Positions 1 through 9,284 of a stretch of 64,000 nucleotides of DNA are shown here, piece by piece (positions within the stretch are counted from its first letter, which is position 1; the number at the start of each line of letters is the position of its first letter). Location of the stretch: positions 15,528 to 79,527 of the forward strand of contig CALRCE010000001.1 of the NCBI GenBank assembly GCA_943354505.1, given 5' to 3'. Below the pieces are notes generated by a model that was given only the letters and a program-made list of their open reading frames with translations, did not search any database and was not told the origin of the DNA. The position numbers and the translations under genes are program-made. The stretch comes from Candidatus Peribacteria bacterium (GTDB taxonomy: Bacteria; Patescibacteriota; Gracilibacteria; UBA1369; 2-02-FULL-48-14).

Positions 1-204
1 AAACTCGCCTACCCTCTTCGTGCCACCGTGCTTGAACTCTGGTACCAAGACAGCACGGGCCGTCACGTACCGGATTCCGCCACTTTAGAACGTTGGGACG
101 AAGCCATCCTCACCTTCGATCCGCGCAAAAAAACCGAGTGGGATCCCTCCAGCAAAAAGATGCGCTTCCTCAGCATGAGCAAAGAAAGGGCGAAGTTGAT
201 TTAG
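1..204 (+). CDS. 3' end of an unidentified protein-coding gene (partial; start lies upstream of the window)
   Basis: Frame 1 is open from base 1 to TAG at 202-204 (67 codons, ...LELWYQDSTGRHVPDSATLERWDEAILTFDPRKKTEWDPSSKKMRF...). It is absent from the ORF track because no start codon lies in the window. The competing 85..267(-) ORF looks like a shadow. Confidence 0.4.
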   Translation, partial: KLAYPLRATVLELWYQDSTGRHVPDSATLERWDEAILTFDPRKKTEWDPSSKKMRFLSMSKERAKLI

Positions 205-208
205 TTTT

Positions 209-445
209 TTACTTCGAAGTTGATTCCTTGAGCAAACCTTGATCAACAGTCCGCTGACGTTCATCACGGATTCGCTGAATAAATGACTCCAAACTTTGAG
301 GCCTAGAAAGCTCTAAAAGCTGATCTTCAGAAACAGCTAGATCAAAGGCCTCAGGGACGGTGACGTTGTCAAAAACATCTCCAAATTCTTCACGGAAGCC
401 AGCCGTGTTTCTATTACGAATGCAATACAAAGTCACATGGGCCAA
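209..445 (-). CDS. hypothetical small protein (78 aa), last gene of the LOG/TrpF-like/GCHII-like operon
   Basis: ATG at 445 overlaps the stop of the upstream gene by 13 nt. The composition is protein-like (acidic/helical). I recognise no motif. Confidence 0.4.
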   Translation of the reverse strand: MAHVTLYCIRNRNTAGFREEFGDVFDNVTVPEAFDLAVSEDQLLELSRPQSLESFIQRIRDERQRTVDQGLLKESTSK

Positions 446-1614
446 AGGAAAAATCTTCCTGCCCCCCTGATTTGATTACGAACAATCTCTAAAAGAGGAA
501 GGAATTGAGCACTTTCATAATCTTTATAAGAACCCTTGAGCAACTTCCAAACATCCTCAGCAATAGCTTTATCAGTTTTATTCCTATGTTCCGAAGCCTT
601 TGTCACCGCTAAAATACCCACATCTTCAAGCAGTTTCACCTTCATCCGGTTATTCGTGATAACGGGCACTTGGCAAATTTTTGAAATCTCATCTAAGCCC
701 AATCCAAGCAAAGCTCTCATGGCAAACTCGTAACGCCTCATGTCCGTCACATCGTGGCCCGTGATTTCACGCATTGCACTGTCGGTGTCATGCCAAGTTT
801 GACCCAAGTATTTTCCTGTGTTTGGATTGTATCCTTCGACCAAGGCATGCGCTCTCGACTTCTCTAAAAGGTCGATACCCCTTCCTTCTTGTTGAAGATA
901 AAGCACCGCTCCAAATTGATTCTTCTCGATCGCTTCCAGCGCTTCATCGTACTGACCGCCACAAGAACAACGGCTTTGAGAAGCTCTTCCATCTCCACAT
1001 TCACAACGAGAGTGGATACGAAGCAAAAAAGATTTACCAGACTCTTCTGCCATACGGAGCAAAATCGCTCTTACATTTTCTGGAGACAAGTCCTCTCCTT
1101 CCTCTAAAGGTTTTGGGAGCCTCAAGTAAAAGTAGTGGGGATGGCCAGGGCCTTCCGTGACACCGCTGGCTGGATCGGCAAAATCAAAGAGAATCTGCAT
1201 CCAAGGACTCTCTGGAAAGCGACTGATTTCGTAAGGAATCGCCACGTCAAAATTCAAAGGTTTTTGAGGATTACGTTCGGCAGATAAAAATGCCTGAACT
1301 TCTTGAATCAAACGGTCACGAATGGGCTTAACGAGTGGCCAAAGCTCAACAGGAACAACTTTTTCTAAACTTCTTCTCTGTGCACACATCGCATCCAAAG
1401 GCCTTCGCGCCTCAATTCCAGGCAAAAAAGAGTCCAGTAGATCTTCTACTATAGCCCTACCTTCACCCACAGAACCAGCAACAGCCTCACGAATTTCAGC
1501 AATTCCACCTAAAAGGATTGCACCCAACCCTCGATGAATATAAAAGGGATCCTGAACGGTTGCCTCCGTACCTTCCGGAAGGGTAAAGCGCTTGTCTACA
1601 TCGAGAACAGTCAT
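433..1614 (-). CDS. GTP cyclohydrolase II (RibA)-like protein with unassigned N-terminal extension
   Basis: 393 aa. RibA-type signatures: zinc-Cys block HSRCECGDGRASQSRCSCGGQ (cf. HSECLTGD...CDCG.Q), YLQQEGRGIDLLEKSRAH (cf. YLRQEGRGIGL.NK..AY) and VITNNRMKVKLLEDVGI (cf. LLTNNP.K...L...GI). The ATG overlaps the upstream stop (ATGA at 1611-1614). Confidence 0.7.
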   Translation of the reverse strand: MTVLDVDKRFTLPEGTEATVQDPFYIHRGLGAILLGGIAEIREAVAGSVGEGRAIVEDLLDSFLPGIEARRPLDAMCAQRRSLEKVVPVELWPLVKPIRDRLIQEVQAFLSAERNPQKPLNFDVAIPYEISRFPESPWMQILFDFADPASGVTEGPGHPHYFYLRLPKPLEEGEDLSPENVRAILLRMAEESGKSFLLRIHSRCECGDGRASQSRCSCGGQYDEALEAIEKNQFGAVLYLQQEGRGIDLLEKSRAHALVEGYNPNTGKYLGQTWHDTDSAMREITGHDVTDMRRYEFAMRALLGLGLDEISKICQVPVITNNRMKVKLLEDVGILAVTKASEHRNKTDKAIAEDVWKLLKGSYKDYESAQFLPLLEIVRNQIRGAGRFFLWPM

Positions 1615-2393
1615 TGAGTTTTTGAAAGATTTAAAGCTTGATAAGCGGCTCCATAAAAACGGAGAGCTGCTTGCGGATCAAGAGAATCTCTTATGCGCAC
1701 AGCGGACTCCGTATCCACACTGATGGGTCGTCCAGGAACAATCGAACTAGCAGTGGCAAAAATGCTTGCCACATTGGCTTCCGACAATCCACCTGCAAGA
1801 GCTAAACCAACTTCGGGCTCCAAAGCAGCAAGGCGGGGCAAAAGATCCTGCAAGGTGCTTTTGTCTAAAACCTCTCCTCTACCCCCCGATAGGTCAACCA
1901 AAACATGAGCAACAAGGCCTCTACAGGCACTTAAAAATTCATCCACCCTTCCTGCTTCCACAAGACCCAAGTGCAAAGGAGCAATCAAACCATATGAAGG
2001 GTTCCACAATTGATCCCGAACAGGTTCTAAATCTTCTGCTCGAACTCCATTGAGCTGCACTGAGTGAATTCGATCAGGCTTTTCAATCCGTTCCATCAAG
2101 TCATAAAGTGCCCCACGAGGGTCTGTGCCACTGGTGGTCATGTCAAAATGCAAAGAAGCCATGGCTGAGGAAGGAACTGCTGCAATCAAACGATTCAAAG
2201 TACCCAGATCTGTGACCTTGCGAGGCGAAGGGGGTACGCGTCCTTCCAAAGTTCCTCGATCCACCGCAAACCCAATCAAAGGAATATGACCTTGAGGATG
2301 AGGCCACTGCAGGTCACCCAAACCCGCACCCACCGTTCGAACTTGGTCTTCAGTTTCGAAGGCACTAACGGCAATGTACGGAGAAGACTTCAT
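1611..2393 (-). CDS. phosphoribosylanthranilate isomerase (TrpF)-like TIM-barrel protein
   Basis: 260 aa. PRAI-like motifs: IHSVQLNG (cf. VQLHG), VLVDLSGGRGEVLD (cf. LLD..GGtGk.fdW), LALAGGLSEANV (cf. LAGGL.peNV), SVDTESAVR (cf. VDvsSGVE). No other trp genes are in the window. Confidence 0.6.
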   Translation of the reverse strand: MKSSPYIAVSAFETEDQVRTVGAGLGDLQWPHPQGHIPLIGFAVDRGTLEGRVPPSPRKVTDLGTLNRLIAAVPSSAMASLHFDMTTSGTDPRGALYDLMERIEKPDRIHSVQLNGVRAEDLEPVRDQLWNPSYGLIAPLHLGLVEAGRVDEFLSACRGLVAHVLVDLSGGRGEVLDKSTLQDLLPRLAALEPEVGLALAGGLSEANVASIFATASSIVPGRPISVDTESAVRIRDSLDPQAALRFYGAAYQALNLSKTQ

Positions 2394-2417
2394 GGTTTGA
2401 CAAAATAAGCTGAAATT

Positions 2418-4646
2418 CTATAACGAAGCAACGGCCTTGGCAAGATAAGGTGGAATTTTAAAACCACTGGTGCGAGAAATCTGTTCACAACTTGCAAAGG
2501 CTGCTTTCACTTTTTCTGGGGCAACTCCAATTCGACGCCAGTACACAGCAGGGTCACGAACGAAATCTTGAATGACCTCTAAGGCGGCGGCAGGACTATC
2601 AACAAAATGAAGACACTCAGAGACCCAGGCAGACTTATCATCCACCGTACCCTCCGCTCTGAATTTTGCAATCTGAACCTTAGTGGGTTCCCAGAAATGT
2701 TCCGCTCTTTTTTGAGCTTGAGGATCTAAAAGAATCACTGGAATAGGCAGCCCATTGAGTACTTTTTTATTGGTGAGGGTATTGAAAAGTTCTTCACCCG
2801 TACCAAAACCCCCCACATTGATGATACGAAAGGCCGCTCGACGCTCCATCAAATCTTGACGACAATTGGCACGGGCTTCTTGAGTGAAAGTGATCCAAGC
2901 ATCTGGACGACGAGATCCATCTTGTTCAACAGCAGCCAAGTCCGTACCAATCCCGATGGTCACAATGCCATTGGCGCGAGCCGTTCTGGAAGCCATTTCC
3001 ATAATGGCGGGTCCATTTCCATCCATTTCCGCCACTCCTTCCCCATAATCGAGCTCTGGCATGGCGGCCAAGCCAGCAAAAAAAGCATCGAACTCTGGCT
3101 CTAGGTGCTCAAAAGTACCGGTAACACTAGACCCGTAAAACACAACGGCCGTATGAGCATTGTCCACTCTTTCTCTCATTTTCGGTTCCACCCAAGTTTC
3201 ATTGTGAAAGACACGAACAGACTGATCCGGAAGGATTAAAAAGAACCGCACCCCTTTTTTTGAAAGAGTACAGAGTTCCACAAAAGCATCTCGATTCACG
3301 TTGAAAGATTCATTGACACCCAAGTGACGGAAAAAGAAAGTCCCCACACCTGACTTCGTGAGACTTCTTAAAACCTCGGGACGGGGCAAAGTGTCCAAGC
3401 TCACAATATTTTTTTGAGCAAGACTTCCACCAACATAAGATACAGCATCCAATACTGATTCGTAAGGATCCAAAGGCACGAGACGATCTTCCACACCACT
3501 AGCTCCATTCAAAAGTTTAGGAGTTTCCTCACAAAGATCGTCGTCGATATAGCCGACTTGCTCAGGATCTGGCCACTTGAACTCAGCCACTCTTCCTGGA
3601 GCAAGCAGGCGAGCATAAATTCCTCCTTCGGTCGGCGTACCACTGACACCATCCATCAACGCTTCAATCAAACGAGGCGATTGCACCTCGAGTACGTCTT
3701 CAATATGGACACCTTCTTCATGAGCCCGATGATCGGGCAAAAGTCGCCTAGCAACACTTCGGGTGATTTCATCAACGGGGTAAAACGCAAGATTCACAGA
3801 GAGACCATGCGGCTCAAGCGCTTGACCGCTGGCATTCAACAATTCCACATGGCGTGGAACACCCAAGCCGCTGGAACGAATCGGATCTAGATAAAAAGGC
3901 GCAAGATGGCGAACGCCACCCTGTCCACTCACCACCGCAGAAACAGCACCCAAAGAAACATGAATATCAGAGATAAGCACCGCCCCAGAAGGGAAAATCG
4001 GTGGAAGCCCTGGGTGACGACGTTGTTCTTGATCCAAACCAAACTTGTGACGACTCAAAATTTCTTCAATACGAGAAGGAGCTCTTAAGACACGGGCCCT
4101 AACAGGATGCGAGGCCTCGTTGATGGGAATACTGACTAGACCATCCTCACCCACAAATGCATTTTTTGGAAGAAGGAACCACTGACCGTTGTGAGTGATC
4201 ACTTCTTGACGAGTCAAAGCTGCTTCGGGGAGCAAAATATGTCTACCTAAAGCAAGAGCTCCTTTGCTCCTACTCACGATGGCTTTGATGACATCCAAAA
4301 CGGGTTCAGATCCAGCTCCCGCTGCAATCAAACGATGAGAAGTTTCTAAAGAGTTCGCCCCAATCACAGTGCTACCATCTGAAATAGGTTCCACCTCAAT
4401 TCCCAAACGGCCCAATACGCTTCGTGCACTCAAGCCAAGCAACCCAGAAATATTTCCTCCAGCATCTGCAATTTGGTCCCCCATAGGCCCGACCAGAGGC
4501 AGAGTCAAAGAAGTTCTGGAACGAAGCTCCAAAAAAGGCCTTCCGCTCAAAACACCACTTTCCTCTGCTAAGTTGCCTTCCTTCAAAACCTCAAACGCCT
4601 CGGCGTCTGAAGAAACAAGTGGGAAAGAAGGTCGAGAAAAATTCAT
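2418..4646 (-). CDS. large fusion protein: unknown ~500-aa N-terminal region + C-terminal LOG/TIGR00730-family (nucleotide 5'-monophosphate N-glycosidase-like) domain
   Basis: The ORF is open to TTG 4703 (761 aa). The first ATG is 4646 (742 aa) and a sigma70-like promoter sits at 4663-4691, so I prefer 4646. The C-terminal ~230 aa have a LOG Rossmann pattern, including INVGGFGTGEELFNTL (PGGxGTxxE motif) and a conserved upstream VVFYGSS block. Confidence 0.6.
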   Translation of the reverse strand: MNFSRPSFPLVSSDAEAFEVLKEGNLAEESGVLSGRPFLELRSRTSLTLPLVGPMGDQIADAGGNISGLLGLSARSVLGRLGIEVEPISDGSTVIGANSLETSHRLIAAGAGSEPVLDVIKAIVSRSKGALALGRHILLPEAALTRQEVITHNGQWFLLPKNAFVGEDGLVSIPINEASHPVRARVLRAPSRIEEILSRHKFGLDQEQRRHPGLPPIFPSGAVLISDIHVSLGAVSAVVSGQGGVRHLAPFYLDPIRSSGLGVPRHVELLNASGQALEPHGLSVNLAFYPVDEITRSVARRLLPDHRAHEEGVHIEDVLEVQSPRLIEALMDGVSGTPTEGGIYARLLAPGRVAEFKWPDPEQVGYIDDDLCEETPKLLNGASGVEDRLVPLDPYESVLDAVSYVGGSLAQKNIVSLDTLPRPEVLRSLTKSGVGTFFFRHLGVNESFNVNRDAFVELCTLSKKGVRFFLILPDQSVRVFHNETWVEPKMRERVDNAHTAVVFYGSSVTGTFEHLEPEFDAFFAGLAAMPELDYGEGVAEMDGNGPAIMEMASRTARANGIVTIGIGTDLAAVEQDGSRRPDAWITFTQEARANCRQDLMERRAAFRIINVGGFGTGEELFNTLTNKKVLNGLPIPVILLDPQAQKRAEHFWEPTKVQIAKFRAEGTVDDKSAWVSECLHFVDSPAAALEVIQDFVRDPAVYWRRIGVAPEKVKAAFASCEQISRTSGFKIPPYLAKAVASL

Positions 4647-4662
4647 AAAACAAGAAGAGAAG

Positions 4663-4691
4663 ACTGTAAAGTGGACAAGAAAAGAAATCAA
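4663..4691 (-). promoter_or_regulatory. candidate sigma70-type promoter of the LOG operon (TTGATT-N17-TACAGT)
   Basis: On the minus strand, -35 TTGATT is at 4691-4686, the spacer is 17 nt and -10 TACAGT is at 4668-4663. This lies about 16 nt upstream of ATG 4646. Confidence 0.35.
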
Positions 4692-4753
4692 GATCTTTGA
4701 CAAAAAAAATAAATGCGCCAGAATAAGAGACTTCAGACACCGAAGCCAACTAA

Positions 4754-5491
4754 ATGACTCCCAACGAATCGACCATAGAAAGTCTTGCGCATTCTGCTAA
4801 AGAAACCTTAGTGACTTTAGCAACAGATCTCTCCACAATCCCCGGCTTTGTGGATGCCTTCGCCACCTACGTGGCAGGAATTTGGGCGACCAGCGATTTT
4901 GCAAAAATGCGCGGAGCTCAAGGGTTAGGAGAAGAAAAAGTAGGATCTGAGTATGCAATGGCAGGCTGCGTTAAGTTTGCGGTAGCGGGTGGCACCAATG
5001 CACTCCTTCGAGGAGATTTCATCAATCTACTCTCTCAAACTCCCTTTCTGTTGGGTAGTTTTGCAGAGTACCTTGAACATCACCCTGAACTTCTAAAAGA
5101 TTCGCGTGTCAAACGTGCCTTCATAATACTGGGTTCTCTACCCGGAGTTCTAGCCACCAGCGCAGCAACAGGAGGTTTAGGCCTAGCCGCAAACATGGCT
5201 TCTGGAGAGTTTGAAGACCACCCCGCAACCTCTTTAGTCAAAGTACTGGGGTTCGGGGTTTCTCAATCGGGCTATGCCTTGAGAGAATCGAAAAACGGAC
5301 TGGCAAAAGGACTCGCGCACACCTTTGGAAACGGCATCATTGCAGTCGTGAGCTTTTTAGAAATTTTATACAAAATTCAAGCAGGATTACCCGTGAATCA
5401 CGCCTCTATATTTTGGGGAGTATCCTCCACAGCAAACACTTGGAACTCAGCAAAAGGTCTCGTCAAAGAAGGTCAGAGATTGATTGGATAA
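4754..5491 (+). CDS. hypothetical protein (245 aa, Gly/Ala-rich hydrophobic segments)
   Basis: Clean ATG ORF divergent from the LOG operon. No recognisable motif. Confidence 0.55.
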   Translation: MTPNESTIESLAHSAKETLVTLATDLSTIPGFVDAFATYVAGIWATSDFAKMRGAQGLGEEKVGSEYAMAGCVKFAVAGGTNALLRGDFINLLSQTPFLLGSFAEYLEHHPELLKDSRVKRAFIILGSLPGVLATSAATGGLGLAANMASGEFEDHPATSLVKVLGFGVSQSGYALRESKNGLAKGLAHTFGNGIIAVVSFLEILYKIQAGLPVNHASIFWGVSSTANTWNSAKGLVKEGQRLIG

Positions 5492-5538
5492 AACGGGTAC
5501 TAAACCGCCGCCGATAATCTTCAGTGAGAACCCCACCA

Positions 5539-5567
5539 TTGCATCTCTCCCCCCTCACCGCTAAAAT
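5539..5567 (+). promoter_or_regulatory. candidate promoter of ftsH (TTGCAT-N17-TAAAAT)
   Basis: -35 at 5539-5544, 17-nt spacer, -10 at 5562-5567, 29 nt upstream of the ftsH ATG. Confidence 0.5.
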
Positions 5568-5596
5568 AGCCGGGCTCTTTCACTCTCCAACAAAGC

Positions 5597-7453
5597 ATGG
5601 CAACTGCTCTACAAAAAAAAGGTCCGAGTCCCATCATCGCAATTCTCATTTTGGGATTACTGATTTCTGCGATCTACACGATTTGGAACCCCATCGGTGA
5701 AAAACCCTGGGAACAAGTGGCCCTCAGCACCTTTGTGCAAGACGTGGAAAGCGGAACCGTGACCGAAGTGGACGTGCTCGACAATCGTGTGAACTACGTG
5801 CTCGCCGACGACACTCAAAAATACGCTTTTAAAGAATACGGCCAGACGGTGGATGAAGTGCTCGCTGCCGTTCCGGATTCCGTGAAAGAAGGTCTGGAAA
5901 TCAACATCACCGATACCTCCAGCGACGGGCTTTGGCTCAACATCGGGCTCTCTATCATTCCGATCATTTTCATCATCGGTTTCCTTTGGTTCATGATGCG
6001 CGGCGCTCAAAGCAGCAACAATCAAGCGCTGTCTTTTGGTAAATCCAGTGCGCGCCTTCACGACAATGAAAAAGAACGCACCACCTTCGACAACGTCGCC
6101 GGACTCAAAGAAGCCAAAGAAGAACTGGTGGAAGTGGTGGACTTTCTCAAAAATCCGAGCAAGTACACCGCCATGGGTGCCAAAATTCCAAAAGGAGTGA
6201 TGCTCGTCGGGTCCCCCGGAAACGGTAAGACCCTCCTCGCCCGTGCCGTGGCCGGAGAAGCCAATGTGCCTTTCTTCAGCATCAGCGGATCCGAATTCGT
6301 CGAAATGTTCGTGGGAGTCGGCGCCAGCCGTGTGCGCGACCTCTTTAAAAAAGCCAAGCGCAACGCACCCTGCATCGTGTTCATGGACGAAATCGACGCG
6401 GTGGGTCGCCAACGTGGAACTGGAGTCGGTGGAGGACACGACGAACGCGAACAAACCCTCAACCAAATCCTCACCGAGATGGACGGTTTTGAAACCAACA
6501 CCGGCGTGATCGTGATGGCCGCCACCAACCGCCCCGATGTGCTGGACCCTGCCCTGCTCCGCCCCGGTCGTTTCGACCGCCGCGTGGTTGTGGACAGCCC
6601 CAGCATGGACGACCGTGAAGCCATCCTCAAAGTCCACTCCAAAAACAAGCCACTGGCCAAAGGCACAGACCTCCGCCACATCGCCAAACAAACACCGGGT
6701 TTCTCGGGAGCCGATCTCGAAAACGTGCTCAACGAAGCCGCCATCATGACCGCACGCCAAGGCAACAAAGAAATCACCGGACACGACATTGAAATGGCCG
6801 TGGAAAAAGTTCAACTCGGTCCAGAACGCAAGTCTCGCGTGCTCACCGACAAAGAAAAAGAAGTCACCGCCTATCACGAGTGTGGCCACGCCATCGTGGG
6901 TCACTTGCTTTCCGAATGCGATCCACTTCGAAAAATCACGATCATTTCCCTCGGAATGTCCCTGGGCTCCACTTGGTTTGTGCCCGAAGACGACAACCAC
7001 ATGTACACCCAAGAAAAATTCGAACACGAAATGGCCTCCCTGCTCGGAGGTTACGTCGCCGAAGAAATGGTATTCGGACAAGTTTCCACCGGCCCTTCCA
7101 ACGACCTGGAACGCGCCACCGGCATGGCTCGCCGCATGGTGACGGAATACGGAATGAGCAGCGTCGTGGGCCCCACCGTCTTCGGTGAAAAGAACCACGA
7201 AGTCTTCCTCGGCCGCGACTTTGGTCATGTGAAAAACTATTCTGAAGAAAAAGCCGCTGTCATCGACAAAGAGGTGCAAAGTTTGGTTGAAAAAGCCTAC
7301 AAAAAAGCCAAAGAAATCCTCACCAAACATCGCAAAGACCTCAGCACCATCGCCAAGACTTTAAAAGAGAAAGAAACCCTCACCCGAGAGGAGTTCATCG
7401 GCCTTTTAGAAGGCACTGTGAAACACAGCGGAGCAGCAAAGAAGAGGGCTTAG
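5597..7453 (+). CDS. ftsH: ATP-dependent zinc metalloprotease FtsH
   Basis: 618 aa. Two N-terminal TM segments, Walker A GSPGNGKT, Walker B IVFMDEID, and the zinc motif HECGHA. Confidence 0.97.
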   Translation: MATALQKKGPSPIIAILILGLLISAIYTIWNPIGEKPWEQVALSTFVQDVESGTVTEVDVLDNRVNYVLADDTQKYAFKEYGQTVDEVLAAVPDSVKEGLEINITDTSSDGLWLNIGLSIIPIIFIIGFLWFMMRGAQSSNNQALSFGKSSARLHDNEKERTTFDNVAGLKEAKEELVEVVDFLKNPSKYTAMGAKIPKGVMLVGSPGNGKTLLARAVAGEANVPFFSISGSEFVEMFVGVGASRVRDLFKKAKRNAPCIVFMDEIDAVGRQRGTGVGGGHDEREQTLNQILTEMDGFETNTGVIVMAATNRPDVLDPALLRPGRFDRRVVVDSPSMDDREAILKVHSKNKPLAKGTDLRHIAKQTPGFSGADLENVLNEAAIMTARQGNKEITGHDIEMAVEKVQLGPERKSRVLTDKEKEVTAYHECGHAIVGHLLSECDPLRKITIISLGMSLGSTWFVPEDDNHMYTQEKFEHEMASLLGGYVAEEMVFGQVSTGPSNDLERATGMARRMVTEYGMSSVVGPTVFGEKNHEVFLGRDFGHVKNYSEEKAAVIDKEVQSLVEKAYKKAKEILTKHRKDLSTIAKTLKEKETLTREEFIGLLEGTVKHSGAAKKRA

Positions 7454-7773
7454 AGAGCAACTGCAGGATAGCCTTGCCTAAATTGTCTAATAATGGAGGC
7501 AACGGCATCAACCTCCTGTCTTGCTTCTTGAACCTTAGCTTGATCTCCAGGTTTCAACCCATTAAGAGCCAATTCTCCCATGCGTTCCTCTTCCTTGTCA
7601 GCACTGACTAAGTACAAGGTCACGAGCGCAACGTCTTTACCGTACTTACGCACCAGTTCAGGACCTTTAGCACGAAGCTGACCTGCAGCTTCACGAGCTC
7701 TGGAAATTTCTTCTTCTTCCTGCCGATGGATAAACTCATCATCAAAACCAACCATAAACAAGAAATTAAACAT
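7450..7773 (-). CDS. hypothetical small helical protein (107 aa)
   Basis: ATG ORF convergent with ftsH (4-nt overlap of the ends). Charged helical composition, no motif. Confidence 0.5.
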   Translation of the reverse strand: MFNFLFMVGFDDEFIHRQEEEEISRAREAAGQLRAKGPELVRKYGKDVALVTLYLVSADKEEERMGELALNGLKPGDQAKVQEARQEVDAVASIIRQFRQGYPAVAL

Positions 7774-7825
7774 TTAAAACTGACCTGATTATAACACAAA
7801 ATAAGAGCTCTGAGAAGCTACCCAT

Positions 7826-7853
7826 TTGCGTTCAAACCAAAGTCAGCTAAAAT
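7826..7853 (+). promoter_or_regulatory. candidate promoter of hsp20 (TTGCGT-N16-TAAAAT)
   Basis: -35 at 7826-7831 and -10 at 7848-7853. The -10 box ends 8 nt before ATG 7862, which implies a (near-)leaderless mRNA. Confidence 0.45.
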
Positions 7854-7861
7854 ACCAACAT

Positions 7862-8320
7862 ATGACTCAAGTCGGCATTGGACAACTCAAACTCGCCAAA
7901 AAAGAAGGTGAAAAACTTCAGGTGCGTTTGAACGCGCGCCCTCATCCCAGTGTCGCCAACAAGAAAAACGAGGAGCAAGAACCCGAAGAAGGGCAGCTTT
8001 CTGTGGACATATTGCACACCGAAAACGAAATGGTGGTGCTCTGCCCCATCGCGGGAGTGGAAAAGACCGACATTCGCGTTTCTCTTCAAGACGACGTGCT
8101 CACCATTCGCGGAGAACGCAAGAAAGTAAGCGGCCTCGACCTGCACAAAACCTTGGTTGCAGAACTCTTTTGGGGCATTTTTTCTCGCTCCATCGTCCTT
8201 CCCGATCACATCGACCGCAAAGGCATTCAAGCTCGCGTGCACGAACACGTGCTCATCATCACGATTCCAAAAACAGAAGACTACAGAACTCGCATCATCC
8301 ACGTGAAAGCCGACGAATAA
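7862..8320 (+). CDS. Hsp20/alpha-crystallin family small heat-shock protein
   Basis: Alpha-crystallin domain: LSVDILHTENEMVVLCPIAGVEKTDIRVSLQDDVLTIRGERK ... ARVHEHVLIITIPK. The track start TTG 7826 coincides with the -35 box, so I prefer ATG 7862. Confidence 0.85.
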   Translation: MTQVGIGQLKLAKKEGEKLQVRLNARPHPSVANKKNEEQEPEEGQLSVDILHTENEMVVLCPIAGVEKTDIRVSLQDDVLTIRGERKKVSGLDLHKTLVAELFWGIFSRSIVLPDHIDRKGIQARVHEHVLIITIPKTEDYRTRIIHVKADE

Positions 8321-8333
8321 CTCCCTTCAAACC

Positions 8334-9206
8334 GTGAAACCGATCAAAAAAGTCGTGATCTTGGCGGCGGGACTCGGAACCCGTTTTTTACCCATGACCA
8401 AGGCCATTCCCAAGGCCATGTTGCCCATATTAGACAAGCCTGTCATCCAATACCTAGTCGAAGAAGCCCTCGACTCCGGAATTCAAGAAATCATCATTGT
8501 GACCGGAATGGGTAAACGCGCCATCGAAGAACACTTCGATCACAGTTACGAACTGGAACACGAACTCCGCTCTCGAGGCAAATTGGAGCTGCTCGAAACC
8601 ATGGAACGCATCGAAAAAAGAGCCCGTTTTGCCTATGTGCGCCAAGAAAACGCTCACGGCGACGGCCATGCCATCCTCTGCGCCAAAGACGTGCTGGGCG
8701 AAGAACCTTTTGCCGTCCTCTTTGGGGATGACATCGTGGATGGAAGCCGCCCCGCCCTACGCCAACTGCTCGACGTCTATGAAAAAACAGGAAATCCGGT
8801 GCTGTGTGTAGAAAAAGTGGCAGCTAAAGATCTCCCTAATTATGGAGTGATCGAAGTCCAGTCTCGAGAAAATCGAGAAATTCAGGTGAAAAGCCTCGTC
8901 GAAAAGCCGACTCCTGAAGCGGCTCCTTCCAATTATGGGATCATCGGCAAGTACATTTGCACCCCAGACGTGCTCAAAAACCTCGCCGAAAGCGAGTCCA
9001 GTCATACCGACGGCGAAATTCGCCTCATCGACGGACTACGTACGCACCTCGAAAATGGGGGTAAAATCGACGCCTGGGAAGTGGAAGGAACCCGTTACGA
9101 CACGGGCAATCCCTGGGGTCTTCTCGAGGCCAACGTGGCCTTTGCCCTCAAAGATCCAGAAACGCGCAGTCATCTGGACCAAATGATACACAAGAATAAT
9201 TCCTAG
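8334..9206 (+). CDS. galU: UTP--glucose-1-phosphate uridylyltransferase
   Basis: 290 aa. N-terminal nucleotidyltransferase motif KKVVILAAGLGTRFLPMTKAIPKAMLPI and GalU-like length and layout. GTG start. Confidence 0.9.
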   Translation: MKPIKKVVILAAGLGTRFLPMTKAIPKAMLPILDKPVIQYLVEEALDSGIQEIIIVTGMGKRAIEEHFDHSYELEHELRSRGKLELLETMERIEKRARFAYVRQENAHGDGHAILCAKDVLGEEPFAVLFGDDIVDGSRPALRQLLDVYEKTGNPVLCVEKVAAKDLPNYGVIEVQSRENREIQVKSLVEKPTPEAAPSNYGIIGKYICTPDVLKNLAESESSHTDGEIRLIDGLRTHLENGGKIDAWEVEGTRYDTGNPWGLLEANVAFALKDPETRSHLDQMIHKNNS

Positions 9207-9216
9207 GAATTGCCAA

Positions 9217-9248
9217 GCTCTCCCTTCTTGTCCAGGAGGCTTTTTTTT
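9217..9248 (+). terminator. possible intrinsic terminator after galU
   Basis: Imperfect hairpin GC(U)CUCC...GGAGGC (9217-9240) followed by T8 (9241-9248). It overlaps the next promoter. Confidence 0.4.
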
Positions 9249-9256
9249 GCTATAAT
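9228..9256 (+). promoter_or_regulatory. candidate promoter of the TPR gene (TTGTCC-N17-TATAAT)
   Basis: -35 at 9228-9233, 17-nt spacer, -10 at 9251-9256. Confidence 0.5.
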
Positions 9257-9284
9257 AACTGGATACATCAAAACAAAAACAAAT

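Noticed and set aside
5657-7330. 557-aa ORF antisense to ftsH (plus nested 243-aa ORF 6058..6789)
   Set aside because: It lies entirely inside the unambiguous ftsH frame. The composition is strongly biased toward Gly/Val/His/Phe/Asp and of low complexity, which is typical of stop-poor shadow frames opposite genes with strong codon bias. No motifs are present.
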